From Podarcis bocagei (lineage: Eukaryota): a stretch of 64,000 nucleotides of DNA. This document shows, in pieces, positions 1-13,159 of the stretch. The notes below the pieces were generated by a model, which saw only the letters and a program-made list of their open reading frames with translations, ran no database searches and was not told the DNA's origin. Within the stretch, counting starts at the first letter, position 1. The number at the start of each line of letters is the position of its first letter. Both the position numbers and the translations under genes were made by a program. The stretch lies in the NCBI GenBank assembly GCA_964188305.1, contig OZ076894.1. One strand, given 5' to 3'.

Positions 1-164
1 CACATCTTGGTATATTACATCTCCCATTAAAGGAGACACAAGCCAGGAAGAACTGTTCTTCGCTTGTGTCTGTAGCATTTGGGTAGTGAAGACTCCTTAA
101 GGAAGAGACCCAATTTGCACCAAATGCTAAGCTATAGTTAACATTAAGGTTTATATAGTATTTA

Positions 165-383
165 CAGAGGTACCTCAGGTTAAGAACTTAATTTGTTCTG
201 GAGGTCCGTTCTTAACCTGAAACTGTTCTTAACCTGAGGTACCACTTTAGCAAATGGGGCCTCCCGCTGCTGCCGTGTGGCTGCCGCACAATTTCATCCT
301 GAAGCAAAGTTCTTAACCCAAGGTACTATTTCTGGGTTAGCAGAGTCTTTAACCTGAAGCATCTGTAACCTGAAGTACCACTG
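165..383. mobile_element. Tc1/mariner (Tigger-like) MITE, same family as 50726-50967
   Basis: Termini CAGAGGTACCTCAGGTTA / TAACCTGAAGTACCACTG with TA on both sides; internal TAACCTGA repeats. Confidence 0.85.
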
Positions 384-994
384 TACAAACATTTATTAAC
401 AAGCAACCTTTAATTCTAATTAATAAATTATAGTTAAACTGCTGTGCTGGGTTCACACATAAGCATAGTTTAATAAACCATCTTTTAGGGTTATGTATGA
501 ACCAGGCCATTGCATAAGCACAAGATCAGAGATGCTGATTGTCTGCCATCCCAATTAATATAGTTATATAGCATTTCCAGAATACAATATGAAATTTGAA
601 TGTAATACCAAATGATACAAATAGTATAAAAAAGAATGGAGAGCCATTTCTAAGCCTTAATTTGCAAGCTCCAAACCCAATACTTAAAAAAAAAATGTTA
701 CAGTGCTTAAAGGTTGTCTTTGTGCAATCGATGCATTTGGTGATATGAAGCTACATAAGCAGCCAGGTCTCCTGTAAGACATGCATCACATAAGGAAGGG
801 AGATGTTATACAACGCTTGATGGGTTCATGAAAATGGAAATGCCTAACCATGGTAGCACTGGTCAGGAGTAGTAATGGCCCCTACTTCTAGACCCTTGTG
901 CTGCACTGGTTTAATTAAATAGGTGAACAATTTAGCAGTGTTACTTCCCCCCTCTCCTTCTTTCCTCTCCCTTGGGTTATGCGTATCAAGCATC

Positions 995-1133
995 TATGTT
1001 GTTGGGAGCCAGTAGTCCTCCAGATGTTGTTGGGCTACAGATACCACGATCTCTGTCCACTGGCCATCCTGGATTGGCTGATGAGAGCTGGAATCCAGCA
1101 ACATCTTGAAGTCCACAATATCTCCACCCCCTG
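995..1133. mobile_element. Short hairpin-type non-autonomous DNA element (hAT-like), decayed
   Basis: Self-complementary arms CCAGATGTTG...CAACATCT; related copies near 24348/25095, 28140, 30485, 36040 and 50600; ends approximate. Confidence 0.6.
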
Positions 1134-2616
1134 GTGTAGGGACCGGTACATTTGGATATGTGCACCTGTCCTGGATTTTACATGTACACATCACTAGTTC
1201 CTGCACTTCCAAGCTCTTTAGGAGCAACAACTTCACACCAGCACAGCTTTCTATTACAAGAGAGGATTTGGCAAGTACCGGTAGTTTCCTGCCATATGGA
1301 TGGGCTATTGTTTCAGAGCTGGGATTCTGTCATGGATTAAATAGACAGTGACTCCATCTAAGCCTTTATTTACTTAATAACAATGAAATCCAGTAAGAGA
1401 TTGATCTGGAAGATGAAGGAAAAGTTATCATAATAGCATGAAAAGCTCCAGTGTGCTAAGTAGTGCATTTCTTCAAGTGTGTGAGAGTACAATGACCTGC
1501 CGTGGCAGAGCTATCACTACAAAAGAAGCTATTATGGTGACTCGGCAATCTATACTGTCCATAGGAACAATGTTAGCAGTAATGATACTAATTCTGAAAC
1601 ATGCTGTTTTGTATCATTAGCTTCAGAATGCTGTTTATTTCACTAGACCCAGTGTAGCATAGAACATGATTTTTTCTAAGTACCTTTCCCTAGCTTTCTG
1701 TGACAGATATATTTGTTCTGGCCAACAACACTGAGGATAGTCGGCGTTATGGGGGCGGGGGGTTTCTTCCACCTTACAGAGAAAACAATCGGTTGAACAG
1801 AAGCTTCCCATGCGGGAAAAAAATATGGATTGCTCATATCCTTCCAATGTTATCTTAGAGTATTTCAAACTTCTGGAATGCTACGAGTCCTGTTTGTATG
1901 CATAATAATTTAAGCAGAAGTCACAAATCCTTTTTATTGAAAAGAAAAAAAGTGGGTATGATAGAAATAATAAATAAATCTTAGAAAAACATTTATAATA
2001 TCCAGTGGTTCTGCTCGGGCCAGAATACCAGGCACAGGGTCCAATAATACTAAATGACAGCATCATAAGGGGCAGGCGATACATCTGATTTTCTTTGTAA
2101 GAATGTGTTGCTGCACTTGGAACAGTCATACCCACATGGTTCCAGAGGCACTTTGAGGTACTAAAGAGACAGGCACAACTGTTTGGGCCATTGCTTGATG
2201 CATTTTTCTTTTTATTTTAAGAAAGATGCTGCAATAGAGATGGCCAATATTTGGTAAGGAGGAGGGGAAGAGAAGGGAGGGGAGAGATGGAGGATAAGGA
2301 ATGGCCCAACCAGGCAGGCAGCAGAGAAAGGACCCTTCTATTTTTATAATCTTTCTTAATAACATTTTATATGGGTTTGGGGGAGTGCTGGAGACCTCAT
2401 GCCAACAACCTCTGTATTGGGTTCCAAAGAAAGGTCAGAAAAAATGGGAGGGGTCTCTTCCTCTTAGGGTTGGGGGAGAAATTCAATTCATTTTGCATTT
2501 AAAGATGACTCCACCTAATTCCACCTGAAACACAGTCATCCTTCAAAAGCTGCACATGTGCACAGCTGGAGAACTGCATTGCAAAATGTGGACATGTGCA
2601 AATTTTGCAGGATAAC

Positions 2617-3230
2617 AGTGGTTTTGACCTATAAAGCTTTAAATGGCTCAGGACCACAATACCTGAAGGACCGCCTCTCCCCATATAAACCATGGTGGAC
2701 TTTGACCCTTCTTTGTGTGTCTCCTCCACATGAGGTCTGGAGGGTGGCAACATGAGAACGGACGTTCTCTGTAGTGGCTCCCCATTTGTAGAATGCTCCA
2801 GCAGCTTCATTATACAGTGGACCCTCCAGATACGAATTAAATTAAAGATAAACAGTGGGGGGGGGGTCCATCTGCAACCTGAAAAGTCCATAGGCAGAGG
2901 TGCCACTTCTGCACATGTGACCGCGGCAAAACCCGTGAGTATACATTTCTGGGTTTGCCGCATTCGTAACCCAAAAGTTACGTATCCAGAGCAGTACGTA
3001 ACTAGAGGGTCCACTGTATAACTTTAGGCAAAAACATTCCTCTTCAGCCAAGCCTTTGACTCATTGATATTCTACACCCTTTTAATACGTATCTGTGGGA
3101 AGGGAAGGGGTTATTGCTTTGTTGTTTTGTTTTACTTATTTACTAGTTTTTATCCTGTATTTTATTCATTGAAATGGCCTGAGATCTTATGATGAAGGGC
3201 TGTATATAAATCTAATAAAAAATAAAAAAT
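2617..3230 (+). mobile_element. Decayed L2 LINE 3' end interrupted by a MITE
   Basis: Translates LTYKALNGSGPQYLKDRLSPY, matching LTFKALHGLGPSYLRDRL of the 47.1 kb L2; T-rich 3' UTR and A-rich tail; ends approximate. Confidence 0.8.
2815..3016. mobile_element. Tigger-like MITE nested in L2
   Basis: TIRs CAGTGGACCCTC / GAGGGTCCACTG, TA duplication. Confidence 0.85.
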
Positions 3231-3249
3231 AACATCAGATAGCTCTTAA

Positions 3250-3399
3250 CATAGGAGCCAACTCCTAAGGACAGCGGGGGCTTCGGCCCTCCACAATAAA
3301 ATATTTGAGGGGGCTGGGGCCCCCCAAGTTGATGGGCATTGTCATTCAAATGGTGTGTGTGCGCCCCCCCCCCATATTTTATTCAAGTTGTCACCCCTG
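3250..3399. mobile_element. hAT-type MITE (150 bp)
   Basis: Perfect 8-bp TSD GCTCTTAA (3242-3249 and 3400-3407); imperfect TIRs CATAGGAGCCAAC / GTTGTCACCCCTG. Confidence 0.8.
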
Positions 3400-4375
3400 G
3401 CTCTTAAACTATACTGGTTTTAGAATGTGAGAATCTTGTTCTCATCTCTCACTAAAATAATATTCCTGGTTAAGCTGCTTTTCGTAGAATGACCTAATTT
3501 GAAGTCTTTCTTCATTGGGAAAGAATCGTTGAAGTTCTTTAGAGGGGGACGGGACTCCTTCTTCTTTCCAAAGATTAATATGTAAGAGAGGTACTTTATC
3601 AAAGCAAGTTCTGAGTACTTCCTGTTTGTTTTCCATTTTTAAAAAATATCAATTCCCATTCCTCCAAAACACTGGCATTTTTTGAAAGGGCTTACTGTCT
3701 TTCCCCTTGAGTAACTCCAGTTTTAAAAGATTTGCCTGACAAGTCTGTTAGTGCTTTGGGAGGGAGTGAATGTTTCTGTGTAAAACTCCCGCAGATCTGA
3801 GACTTCTGCAAAGGACAAACCCTGCTGTTCATTTATTACTCCAATGAAACAAAAATTAATAAAGGGAGGAAAAGTAATTTAGAGTTATGATGGGTCAATT
3901 TTATTCCCTAGTATATTAACTTGTTAAGACTTGTTAGGCCTTACTGAAGATAGGCAAGAACTTTGATTTAAACGATGAAGGAGCAGAGCTATTGCTTGTC
4001 CATTGTGCCAAAAATCGTAGGGCCATATGGATTCTCATTAAGAGTGCTATGTCAAAAGTAAATTCTAGAAGAAAAGCAAATTCCACAGAGATATTTATGA
4101 AATAGACCTGATTGCAGACCAATCTGTAATCAAGATCTGACAATGATAAGGCATATGATATCACGAAGGGTAAGGAAGAAATGTGATTTTGTTTCCATTT
4201 TAATGAGAAACTATCAAATTCACACTTCTCAACCTAAGGTGCAGATGAAAACACAGGTGCATTTCAAAATTTGGTCCAGAAATCAAGAGACTGGTATTTG
4301 TTGCAAGAAGAGGACCAGGAAAAAGGGGGAGAGGAAAGACTTCAGTTCTCTATTATCTACAACTACCTGCTCTCT

Positions 4376-4723
4376 GTGGACACGGGTGGCGCTGTGGGTT
4401 AAACCACTGAGCCTAGGGTTTGCTGATCAGAAGGTCAGCTGTTCGACTCCCCGTGACAGGGTGAGCTCCTGTTGCTCAGTCCCTGCTCCTGCCAACCTAG
4501 CAGTTCTAAAGCACAAAGTGCAAGTAGATATATAGGTACCACTCTGGCAGGGAGGTAAATGGCGTTTCCGTGCACTGCTCTGGTTCACCAGAAGCGGCTT
4601 AGTCATGCTGGCCACATGACCCGGAAGCTGTACGCCGGCTCCCTCGGCCAGTAAAGCGAGATGAGCACTGCAATCCCAGAGTCGTCCACGACTGGACCTA
4701 ACATTCAGGGGTCCCTTTACCTT
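4376..4723 (+). mobile_element. Sauria SINE
   Basis: Head GGACACGGGTGGCGCTGTGGGTTAAACC, B-box-like GTTCGACTCC, (ACCTTT)n tail; TSD TACCTGCTCTCT (4364-4375 and 4724-4735). Confidence 0.93.
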
Positions 4724-4906
4724 TACCTGCTCTCTCCTTCTACCCTTGCAGATGCTGAGCCACTCACCATAATGCAAGTCAGCTCCAGCAGCTGAGAGCA
4801 GCCACAGTCTTATTATCTCTGCCCCTGCAGCTAAATCTCTTGGCTGCAGCACCAGCTACAAAGCAGAGACAGCTGCTGCTACAAATGGTTTTAACCGCCT
4901 TAACCC

Positions 4907-6173
4907 TACCCTCCAACATTCCTCAGATGAGAATAGGGACATCTCTTACTCCCCACAACTGACCCTCCTTGCCCCCCTTCCCCCCTGCTGAGCATTTTCT
5001 ATCAGAAGGAGGGTGGATGCTGCCACTACCACACCAATGGGACACAGCACACATGCCCCCCCCTCAACGCTGTCCAGAGAAAACCGCTTAATCCCAATTT
5101 TATTTTATTTTAGTCTTTGGTAGATTTACAGAAAGTAAAACACAAGCCAATAAATAAATGTCAGAAAGGGGCAAAATTAGACGCAGGTGCACAAAGCATT
5201 TTTTTTTAAAGCAAAAAAACCTGAAGACTCATTGCTCTCTGCTCTGCTCCCCCTTTCTTTCTGCCCAGGGCAGCCCTGCCCTCTGCCTGCCCCTCAGAGC
5301 CATCGCTGGGCCTTGGTAGTGGCAGCCTCTCCTGGTGTACAACACTTTCCACAGATAAATAGAATGAAATAGAATTTTAGCTGTAAGCTGCCTTGAGCCT
5401 CTGTCAGGGGAAAAGGTGAGATATACTGAGAGCCAGTGTGCTGTAGTGGTTAAGAGCGGTGGACTTGTAATCTGGTGAACTGGGTTCGCGTCTCCGCTCC
5501 TCCACATGCAGCTGCTGGGTGATCTTGGGCTGCTCACACTTCTCTGAAGTCTATCAGCCTCACTCACCTCACAGAGTGTTTGTTGTGGGGGAGGAAGGGA
5601 GAGGAGATTGTTAGCTGCTTTGAGACTCTTTCGGGTAGTGATAAAGCGGGATATCAAATCCAAACTCTTCTCTTCTACTAATGATAATACTAATAGAAAC
5701 TGTGAGAATGCTTCTGAGTAATGCTTTGAATTGCAGTGTAAGGCTGCCCAGTCTTTACCTAGTTACCTGGGAGTAAGCTCCACTAAATACAGTGGGACTT
5801 ACTTCTGAGCAGACAGTGTAAGTCTCCATTTACAACAAAGGAATCAACATGTCCTGTGTTTCCTAAGAAATTACTGGCTGCTGAAGCATTGCAATTAAAG
5901 AATTTAAATTGGATTGGTGACCTTTTCCTACAAAATTATAGGGAGGGCTTCGTATGCCAGTGTCACCATTTGCTTCTTATGGTGCATGCATTTTATTTTC
6001 AGGTTAAACAAGACTCCATTTTTGCACACACACACATCGCTTTTAATTGTCCTCCGAGACGTGGAGGGGAGGAAAAAGGAAAAGCGGGACATTTCCGGGA
6101 TCAAATCAGAAACTGGGACAGTTTCTGTAATTAAGGGACTGTCCCTGGAAAATAGAGACACTTGGATGGTATG
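4907..6173. mobile_element. Termini of the (CAT)ACCCTCCAA-type MITE family; may be one large composite or two separate fragments
   Basis: Left end TACCCTCCAACATTCCTCAGATGAGAATAGGGAC; right end GGAAAATAGAGACACTTGGATGGTATG; same ends as 23830 and 59881; no TSD seen. Confidence 0.5.
5429..5676 (+). mobile_element. tRNA-derived SINE with an L2-type 3' tail (Squam3/POM-like)
   Basis: A-box-like TGCTGTAGTGG, B-box-like GGTTCGCGTCT, tail GCTGCTTTGAGACTC...AAAGCGGGATATCAAATC followed by a CTT-type repeat. Confidence 0.8.
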
Positions 6174-8778
6174 GGAACTGAATCCTATTAAGTTCAGTAG
6201 CACCTGTTCCCAAGCAAGTTTTGACTGGATTCCAGCTTAAATGTACATGTAAGTTAAGTGAAAAAAGGGGTTTTAGCCAACCATGTTCTGTTGATTTCTT
6301 TCCCTTTCCCTCATGGTTTGATTTCTGCCACTTTGGTGAAAGAGGGCTGTAAAGAGTTAGGCAAGTGGTTACTTAACACAATTTGTGTACCCATTCTATT
6401 TATTTCATTTATTTATTTTTTCCTATTATGTAGTTAGGAAAGGCCAAGCATGAAATTGGAGCCGCAAAGCGAGTCAGAATTTATTGATATGAATCTGCGG
6501 CTGAGGGCTCAATAGGTGTGCAGCAAAGCAGGAAGGGTAAAGGGGCTGAATAATTCATTGAACCTTTAAGCATCAACAAATACCACTTACAGTGAGGAAT
6601 ACCTACTTCACAACAGTGGATGTGAAGTGTGCACATAAAAGAGAATCGATGTTTCATGGACATGTTAGAGGAGAACATTACAACAAACACGGCCCTGGTG
6701 GTTTTCTGGTAATTCTTGAAGGAAAACACAATACGCAAGTTATTTACCGAAAGGAATGGGGATTTCGCTTTTATTTAGCATTTAGTATTCTGTCTCCAAA
6801 GCCGCAAATCTAACATGGCAAAATCTAAAGGGAACTTGCAAGTCTGATGAAAAAATAATGCGATAAAAAAGAGGAAGGGGGTGGGGGGAGTCCGCGGAAT
6901 CAAATAGCTGCAGTAAGGCAGTAGTAATATTAATAGGAATTTATATTTGGTTACACAATCTTGCAAGCTGATGTGTATTGTAGCTGGAAAACACAGCAGA
7001 GAGTCAATCTCCCTTCAGAGCACAGATGCTAAATTTCAAAAGCAAACTCCTTTGGGGCAGAAATTTGTCATGCTTTCTGCTCGTCTTAAAAGGTGTTTTG
7101 TAAAGCAATATGTGAAGTTTAAGTGAAATTGGTACAGTTCTTACTGAGTTGTTCCAAAAGTGTGATAAAAATATACTTTAAAAGTCTTTTATTTTACACA
7201 TGTCTCATGAGGAGCTGGGAATGCTGGCGGGGGGTGGGGGTGGGAATCAGTGCAGGTGTGAACGGTTTAGTGTGGCATCTTGTTTCAAAATTGTGTCCAG
7301 TTCTATCTGAACATAAGAATATCTGCTCCTTGAACTCAGGAACAATTGTCCAAAATTTTATTATGATATATTAAGAGATGTCCAAATGCACAGATAATGA
7401 ACAAGCATACAAAATATATAGCGGGTTACTTTAGGGGTTTATTATTATTAAGCAGCAGATAGATCTTTGTACATGAAATAGATAGCAAGCAGAAATAGAA
7501 TTCTTGTGTTAGGTTTTCCCTGAATTATCTACCAGCTTCTGAATGGGCATAGATTTCCCTGTAGAAATGTTACTTGGAAGGAGAGCATTAAAATGCCGAA
7601 GAACCATAGCAGTGGCAAAGTCCCTGGCGAAGAAAGGAACAATGAATTTTCGAAGAATGCCTGATATGTTTTTTAAAAAATGATATTCAGCCGGGTGTTT
7701 GTGTGTGTGTGTGTGGAGAGGCGAATATTAACGCTTTTTATTCTGATAGCAGCAGCTTGAACTTTTCACTTGGAGGATGCTCTGTCAATTTCACATTACT
7801 TAACACAAGGTAGTGAGGACAGAAAAGAAGTGTCTGGAGTTCATTCTGGCTCCACTGTTTTAGATACGCCTGTTCAAATCCCATTATTAGTTAAGCTCAC
7901 ACCTTAATTTTAATGTCCTCTTTCCACTGTGTGTTTTGAATGCCAACAAGGGTGTTACTCAAAACAATCTGTTGAATCTGAAGCATTTAAAATTGCTTTG
8001 CATTTTGGATACTTCTACATAACTCATAGAAACCTCAAATCTTCAACACCTATTCTCTCGCATTAACTGCAATTTTTCTTTGAGACTTAACTTGGGGCAA
8101 GCTTTCCTGCTCAGACACCACCTGTACCTTCCTTTAATGAGTCACTGAAACTTTATTTTACTGCGTTTCTTCAGGGAATGTAACAGTATAGTTCTCTTCT
8201 AGGTGTCAAGTAAGAGAGATGATAAAAAAAAAAAATGACCACAGAAAGGTAGGTTCTCAACAGAATTGTACGGAATAAATTGCATAAGTTGATGCTGAAT
8301 ATTGAAAAGTCAGGAGTTTAGCTGGTTTTAGTTGTATGTCTAAGCCATGTAGGCATCCTTGCACAATAAGGACTATCAGCAAACATAGGGGAACCCTTGA
8401 GAAAGAAGCTTTCTTCCAAAAAACTGCATGCCCATTGGGCTCAAAATGCTAGCTGATGCTCTCTGAGGGAAACATAAAACAGGGAAACATGGGATGGAAT
8501 AGAATGTTTAGAGTGCTGAACAGGGAGCATGCCACAGGGCAACATTTTTTTACCAATCCAAATAATGGTGTGCAACTTGTGCTAAAAGAGAGGAAAAAAA
8601 TTATTTGGCAAGGTAACTGGCACTCAGCACCAAGAAAAGCTTGATATAATATTTGCATAATTTATTCTGTTGCTAGCGGCTTTGGGAAGTGACAGCTTTG
8701 GATTCTGGAAATGTTATTTAACCACCCCCTTTATTTCTGCTTCTGTGGTCTGTCTTTGCAACCACAAGGGCTACAAGC

Positions 8779-8793
8779 TTCTTTCTCTTCTTT

Positions 8794-8841
<48 letters not shown>

Positions 8842-8852
8842 TTTCTTTTTTT
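8779..8852. repeat. (TTTC)n microsatellite
   Basis: Direct reading. Confidence 0.95.
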
Positions 8853-9465
8853 AAAAAAGAATTAAAACTGAAATTCCAATGTAACTAATTTCATCTACTT
8901 GTTTGCCCTATCAAGAAGGGTTCACCCATAATTTGGACCAGGCACCAAATTTTGCACCAATGTCCTAGATTGGGGGGGACGACCCCAGTCACTCATCTCA
9001 GCAAGATTTTGCCACTCATCTACCATGGATCCACCATGATAATCCAAAACCTTCATCTAAGCAAAGAGAATAAGGACCAGGTTTCTACTGGAATAAAATG
9101 CATAACTGAAGCCTGAGTAATCTAACTTGTAGCACTTCCACAGGAAGAATCCTTCTCAACTGGTCATAGCCCTCTTTAGGATGTATTTTATGGTGTCAAT
9201 TGAACAAGTAGGGTGGGCTGCAGGGACAAGCACACAAGCTCTGCCCCCATCCCCTGTCACACGGGGTTTCAAAAGATTCCCTATGATGGACTGCCATCAT
9301 CCAAAAGCTGCAAGGCAATTGAAACAGCATCAGAGGAGCACCGAGCTAGTATGCTTGCACCACTGTCCCCATTCAGGTATGGATTAACACCTGAAGACTG
9401 CTAGAGACACAGTCCTTTCCCAAATTGAAATATAGCCCATATTACATTGGATATGCTTTACACTT

Positions 9466-9466
<1 letters not shown>

Positions 9467-9494
<28 letters not shown>
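9467..9494. repeat. (CA)n microsatellite
   Basis: Direct reading. Confidence 0.95.
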
Positions 9495-9499
<5 letters not shown>

Positions 9500-11489
9500 A
9501 AGCCAATGACATACACAATGTCAAGATTTCCAGCCCGTCTATTCTCGCCACACATCATCAACACCAGCTGTAGCCCAATTAAGCTCACCAGTGCACATCT
9601 GTTCACAGGAATGACTAACAAAAGTACAGTTCCCTTTAGGGCTTTCAAAAAAATATGAGAGGATTCCCCCCCCCGCCCGCCTTTGAACATACAGGCTAAA
9701 CAGTGTAACTGTAGAAAAAGAATTTAGATCCAGTCATTGTGGGGGGTGGGGGAGAGAGACAATCAACATAAGTGGGAGCCTAATTAAACGGAACAGGTTA
9801 CAGGCATGTATTGTGCAGAATGCAGGGCAGAATCATAGAATTCGGGAGCTGGAAGCATGCTTGCATGTTACATGCATAAATTAAGGTATCTGAAAGGGCA
9901 CTGGATGGTAAGACCTGATTTTCTCTCACACTCTCATTTTCTGACACTCTCTTTTATAAAACCTACATCTTTTAAATTTAGTAAAGTAGATCTGCAGTAA
10001 GACTACGATTACCAAACTCATTCCAGTGTAGATCGCAAAAATCACGAAGAGCACTATTCTGAAATTGTGCTTTGATCCAAAATCCAGCTGATTTGATGTT
10101 TCACAAGGCGCAATACTGAACAGAAGATTCATCAGAATCTGCCAGGGCTATGCTATTGTCCACTTATGCGAAACATGCACAGGTGCTTCCCAGGCCACTG
10201 CAATCTAGTAAGAAGTGGACATTCAGATGCAAAACCCTACTCCAGGGATGAGGAACCTGTTGACTGTCTTGATGCTATTAGATTCCATGTGCTGCCAGTT
10301 CCAGAGAGCAGAGCCATTAGCAGTGGCAATAGCACAGGTTCACCCACTCCAAACCCAACCACGAATTCATTGTTGTTGCTGCTCCAGAAGCAGCAACTCC
10401 TTGGGAAGCCTGGTCACTATTTTTCATCCCCCACAACACATGAGCACAAAGCATCATTCTAGGGCATTGTGTGTGTCAAATTGCAGGCACATTTTTTAAA
10501 AATGTGGAACGTTATGAGAAAATTCTATCAAGTGGCCTTTTTCTGATAGGCGAGCGAGAAGAAAAAGCTCAAAAATGTTCTCAGGAAAACATCTCTGAGA
10601 AATGTTTGGCTCAGTGGTACCGTGAATAGTGCAAAGGATACAATTGGTACGCATGTTGGGTCATAGGTGCTGCTGCTGGAATAAGTAAATTAATTGTCTT
10701 CCCCAGCCTCATAAACCAGCTCATTGAGTTTTCTTCCAAGCTTGGGTAGGAGGAAAAATGATCCCCTTTGGGACTAAGCTTTGACAAACGTGGAACTAAG
10801 CTTTGAAAAACATGTGACTAAATTCCAAAGGGAATGGTTGAGAACAGCTCCCCCCCCCCCCGTTTCTGCCCTGCTGTCATTCTCACTGTTCAGCAATGCA
10901 ACTTTCTGAAAGATCTACAGATGTGTTTTAATATGGAGGAATAAATGTAAGCAGAGATGAAAGAAAGTTTGGGGGAATCAACTATCAGAGGGGAAATGGC
11001 AAAGTACTATTTATCAGCACCAGTGACTCGCCACATGGGTCAACGCTAAAGAGAACTTCTCTAAAAGGCCATCTGAATGGTGCCTTGTGCCTGACAAAAC
11101 GATAAGTAAAATTTCTAAAAATTGAGGTGTGGTAAGAAAAATCTGGTTTCAAATACAGCCGGCCAGCCATGACTTATTCCAGGCTACTCCATCCCATTTA
11201 CCTTCTACCTGGTTTTCTATTTTTATTTTCTGACTCACATGCTTTTCTACTATGCAATGGCTACTATTTTATTTATTAAAAATATAAAGTAATTATAAGT
11301 CATCATTTTGGGCATAGTACTGCATGGCTATTTTATTGACATCTAAGCTCCATCTTAAATTTCACCTGATCCCTCTGTGTTGATGTATTTGTGATGTACT
11401 TGTTTAATGAATATAATATTACTGCTGTTCACTGCCATTATATTTCCCCTCTTAATATTAGTGATATATATTTGCAAATAAAAATAATC

Positions 11490-11770
11490 CACCCAGAGTG
11501 GCTCACAACAGCATTAAACAATATAAAATCTAACATATTAGAATTGTGGTGATATTAACAAGCCTTTAAATATCTAGACTCATTAAAACCATTAACAAAC
11601 ATCTATATAAATTATCACCCAATTGTATTATAATGCAAAACCACTTTTGTTGAAACAAACATTTCTGAAAGAACAGTCTTAAGAGACATGTTTTTAAGAC
11701 CTACTTAAGCACTGGCAAGGAGGGGCCATGGTGCACCTCAGTGAGGAAGGAGTTTCACAATCTGGATTGA
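11490..11770 (-). mobile_element. Old L2 3' fragment
   Basis: Reverse complement resembles the L2 ORF2 end and 3' UTR (GTGAGCCACTCTGGG); ends approximate. Confidence 0.5.
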
Positions 11771-11794
11771 CCATGCCCACCAGAGAAATAACAG

Positions 11795-12372
11795 CCATGC
11801 TTTGAAATTCACATTTTTCTCTGAATTTTGCAATGCAGTTCTCCAGCCAAGCATTGTGTACGAAAACACATGTACAGTTGTACCTTGGTTGTCAAACGCC
11901 CTGGAACTTGGACGTTTTGGCTCCTGAACTCCGCAAACCTGGAAGTGATTGTTCCGGTTTCCAAACGTACTTTTGAAACCAAAACATCCAACGAGGCTTC
12001 TGTGGCTTCCGATTGGCTGCAGGAGCTTCCTGCAGCCAATCAGAAGCCACAGTTTGGTTTTCAAACATTTTGGAAGTTGAATGGCCTTCCGGAATGGATT
12101 CTGTTCGACTTCCAAGATACAACTATATTACGACAAAGTCTCCATAAAAAGGCATATATTAGTGAAAATTCCATAATGCATTGCTTGGGGAAATGTGTGT
12201 ATTAGGCAAAATTAAAATATGTGTTTGTTATAAGAAACCCACTCTAAAATGTTGATGAATTTTCATGAGGATGTTTTTATTTTAATCAAAAACAGTGATG
12301 TGGATATGTGCAGAACTTTGCTTAAGACTGAAAAACTGAGAAAAAGCACAAGTGACAGATTTACTCTTCCCT
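11795..12372. mobile_element. Dispersed AT-rich DNA-transposon-like repeat with TAGGG/CCCTA ends; related copies near 2465-2615, 35328-35650 and 57175-57468
   Basis: Shared core AATTTTGCAATGCAGTTCTCC and terminal GACAGATT...CCCTA among copies. Confidence 0.55.
11875..12125. mobile_element. Tigger-like MITE, same family as 60276-60522
   Basis: CAGTTGTACCTTGG / CCAAGATACAACTA with TA flanks; internal palindrome GATTGGCTGCAGGAGCTTCCTGCAGCCAATC. Confidence 0.85.
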
Positions 12373-13159
12373 AATGAAGAGTCTTTGTTAACTTGAAAGC
12401 TTGCCCATGTCTTTATGACTCTTGTTGAGCCTAAGAAAGATACTGTCCTACTGTTAACTTTTGATATAAAATTGTTACACACGAAGGCTTGGGGGCTGAT
12501 GCAAGGCTCTGTTTATTTGCATCCTGCGGTGATTCAGTCATTGCTGCAGATAGAAATCGAAGGGGTTCTAAGGTTTGCTTTCTGAAGCCATTATCTGTTT
12601 ACTGCTAATGGATAGCTTTTTCAAAGAAAGCTTTTACATAGGGAGGAGAAGTTGGTTTAAAATGCAAGAAAGAATGGGATTAATTTTGTTGCTCATTGAT
12701 CTCTTCCTCTCCACTCCCTTCTTGGTAGCATATTAACCTAATGAATTTATCTCTGAACATTATGTGGAGCCAATACACCCTCCATGAACAAAAGTAAATT
12801 CTCTCACTTAAGTAGTTTTCTGCTCTCTCTCTCTCCTGATTTATCAAATCTTGACAGCATGACTGAAAACAATATGAGCGTTGGTAGATGTTAGATGGGA
12901 AAAATGTGCATGGACCACTGAGAATTTATTGTAAGCATAATTTTTAACAGATGCAAACATTGGGCTATATAAATATTGAAGACCTGAAGAGAGATGGATG
13001 ATAGGCATATCCCAACAAGCTCTTGCAAATCAGAAAACAAAAAATCAGCTTAAAAGTTGCAAAGAAAACACTCAAAGGGCAATTTTCCACAATGTATTTT
13101 CTTATACATGTGAGCAATTACCACCATCCTTGTGAATACTTCTGCATTGTTGGTGCTTA

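Noticed and set aside
3420-3636. MENKQEV... 64-aa ORF
   Set aside because: No recognisable homology or splice context; the length is within chance expectation.
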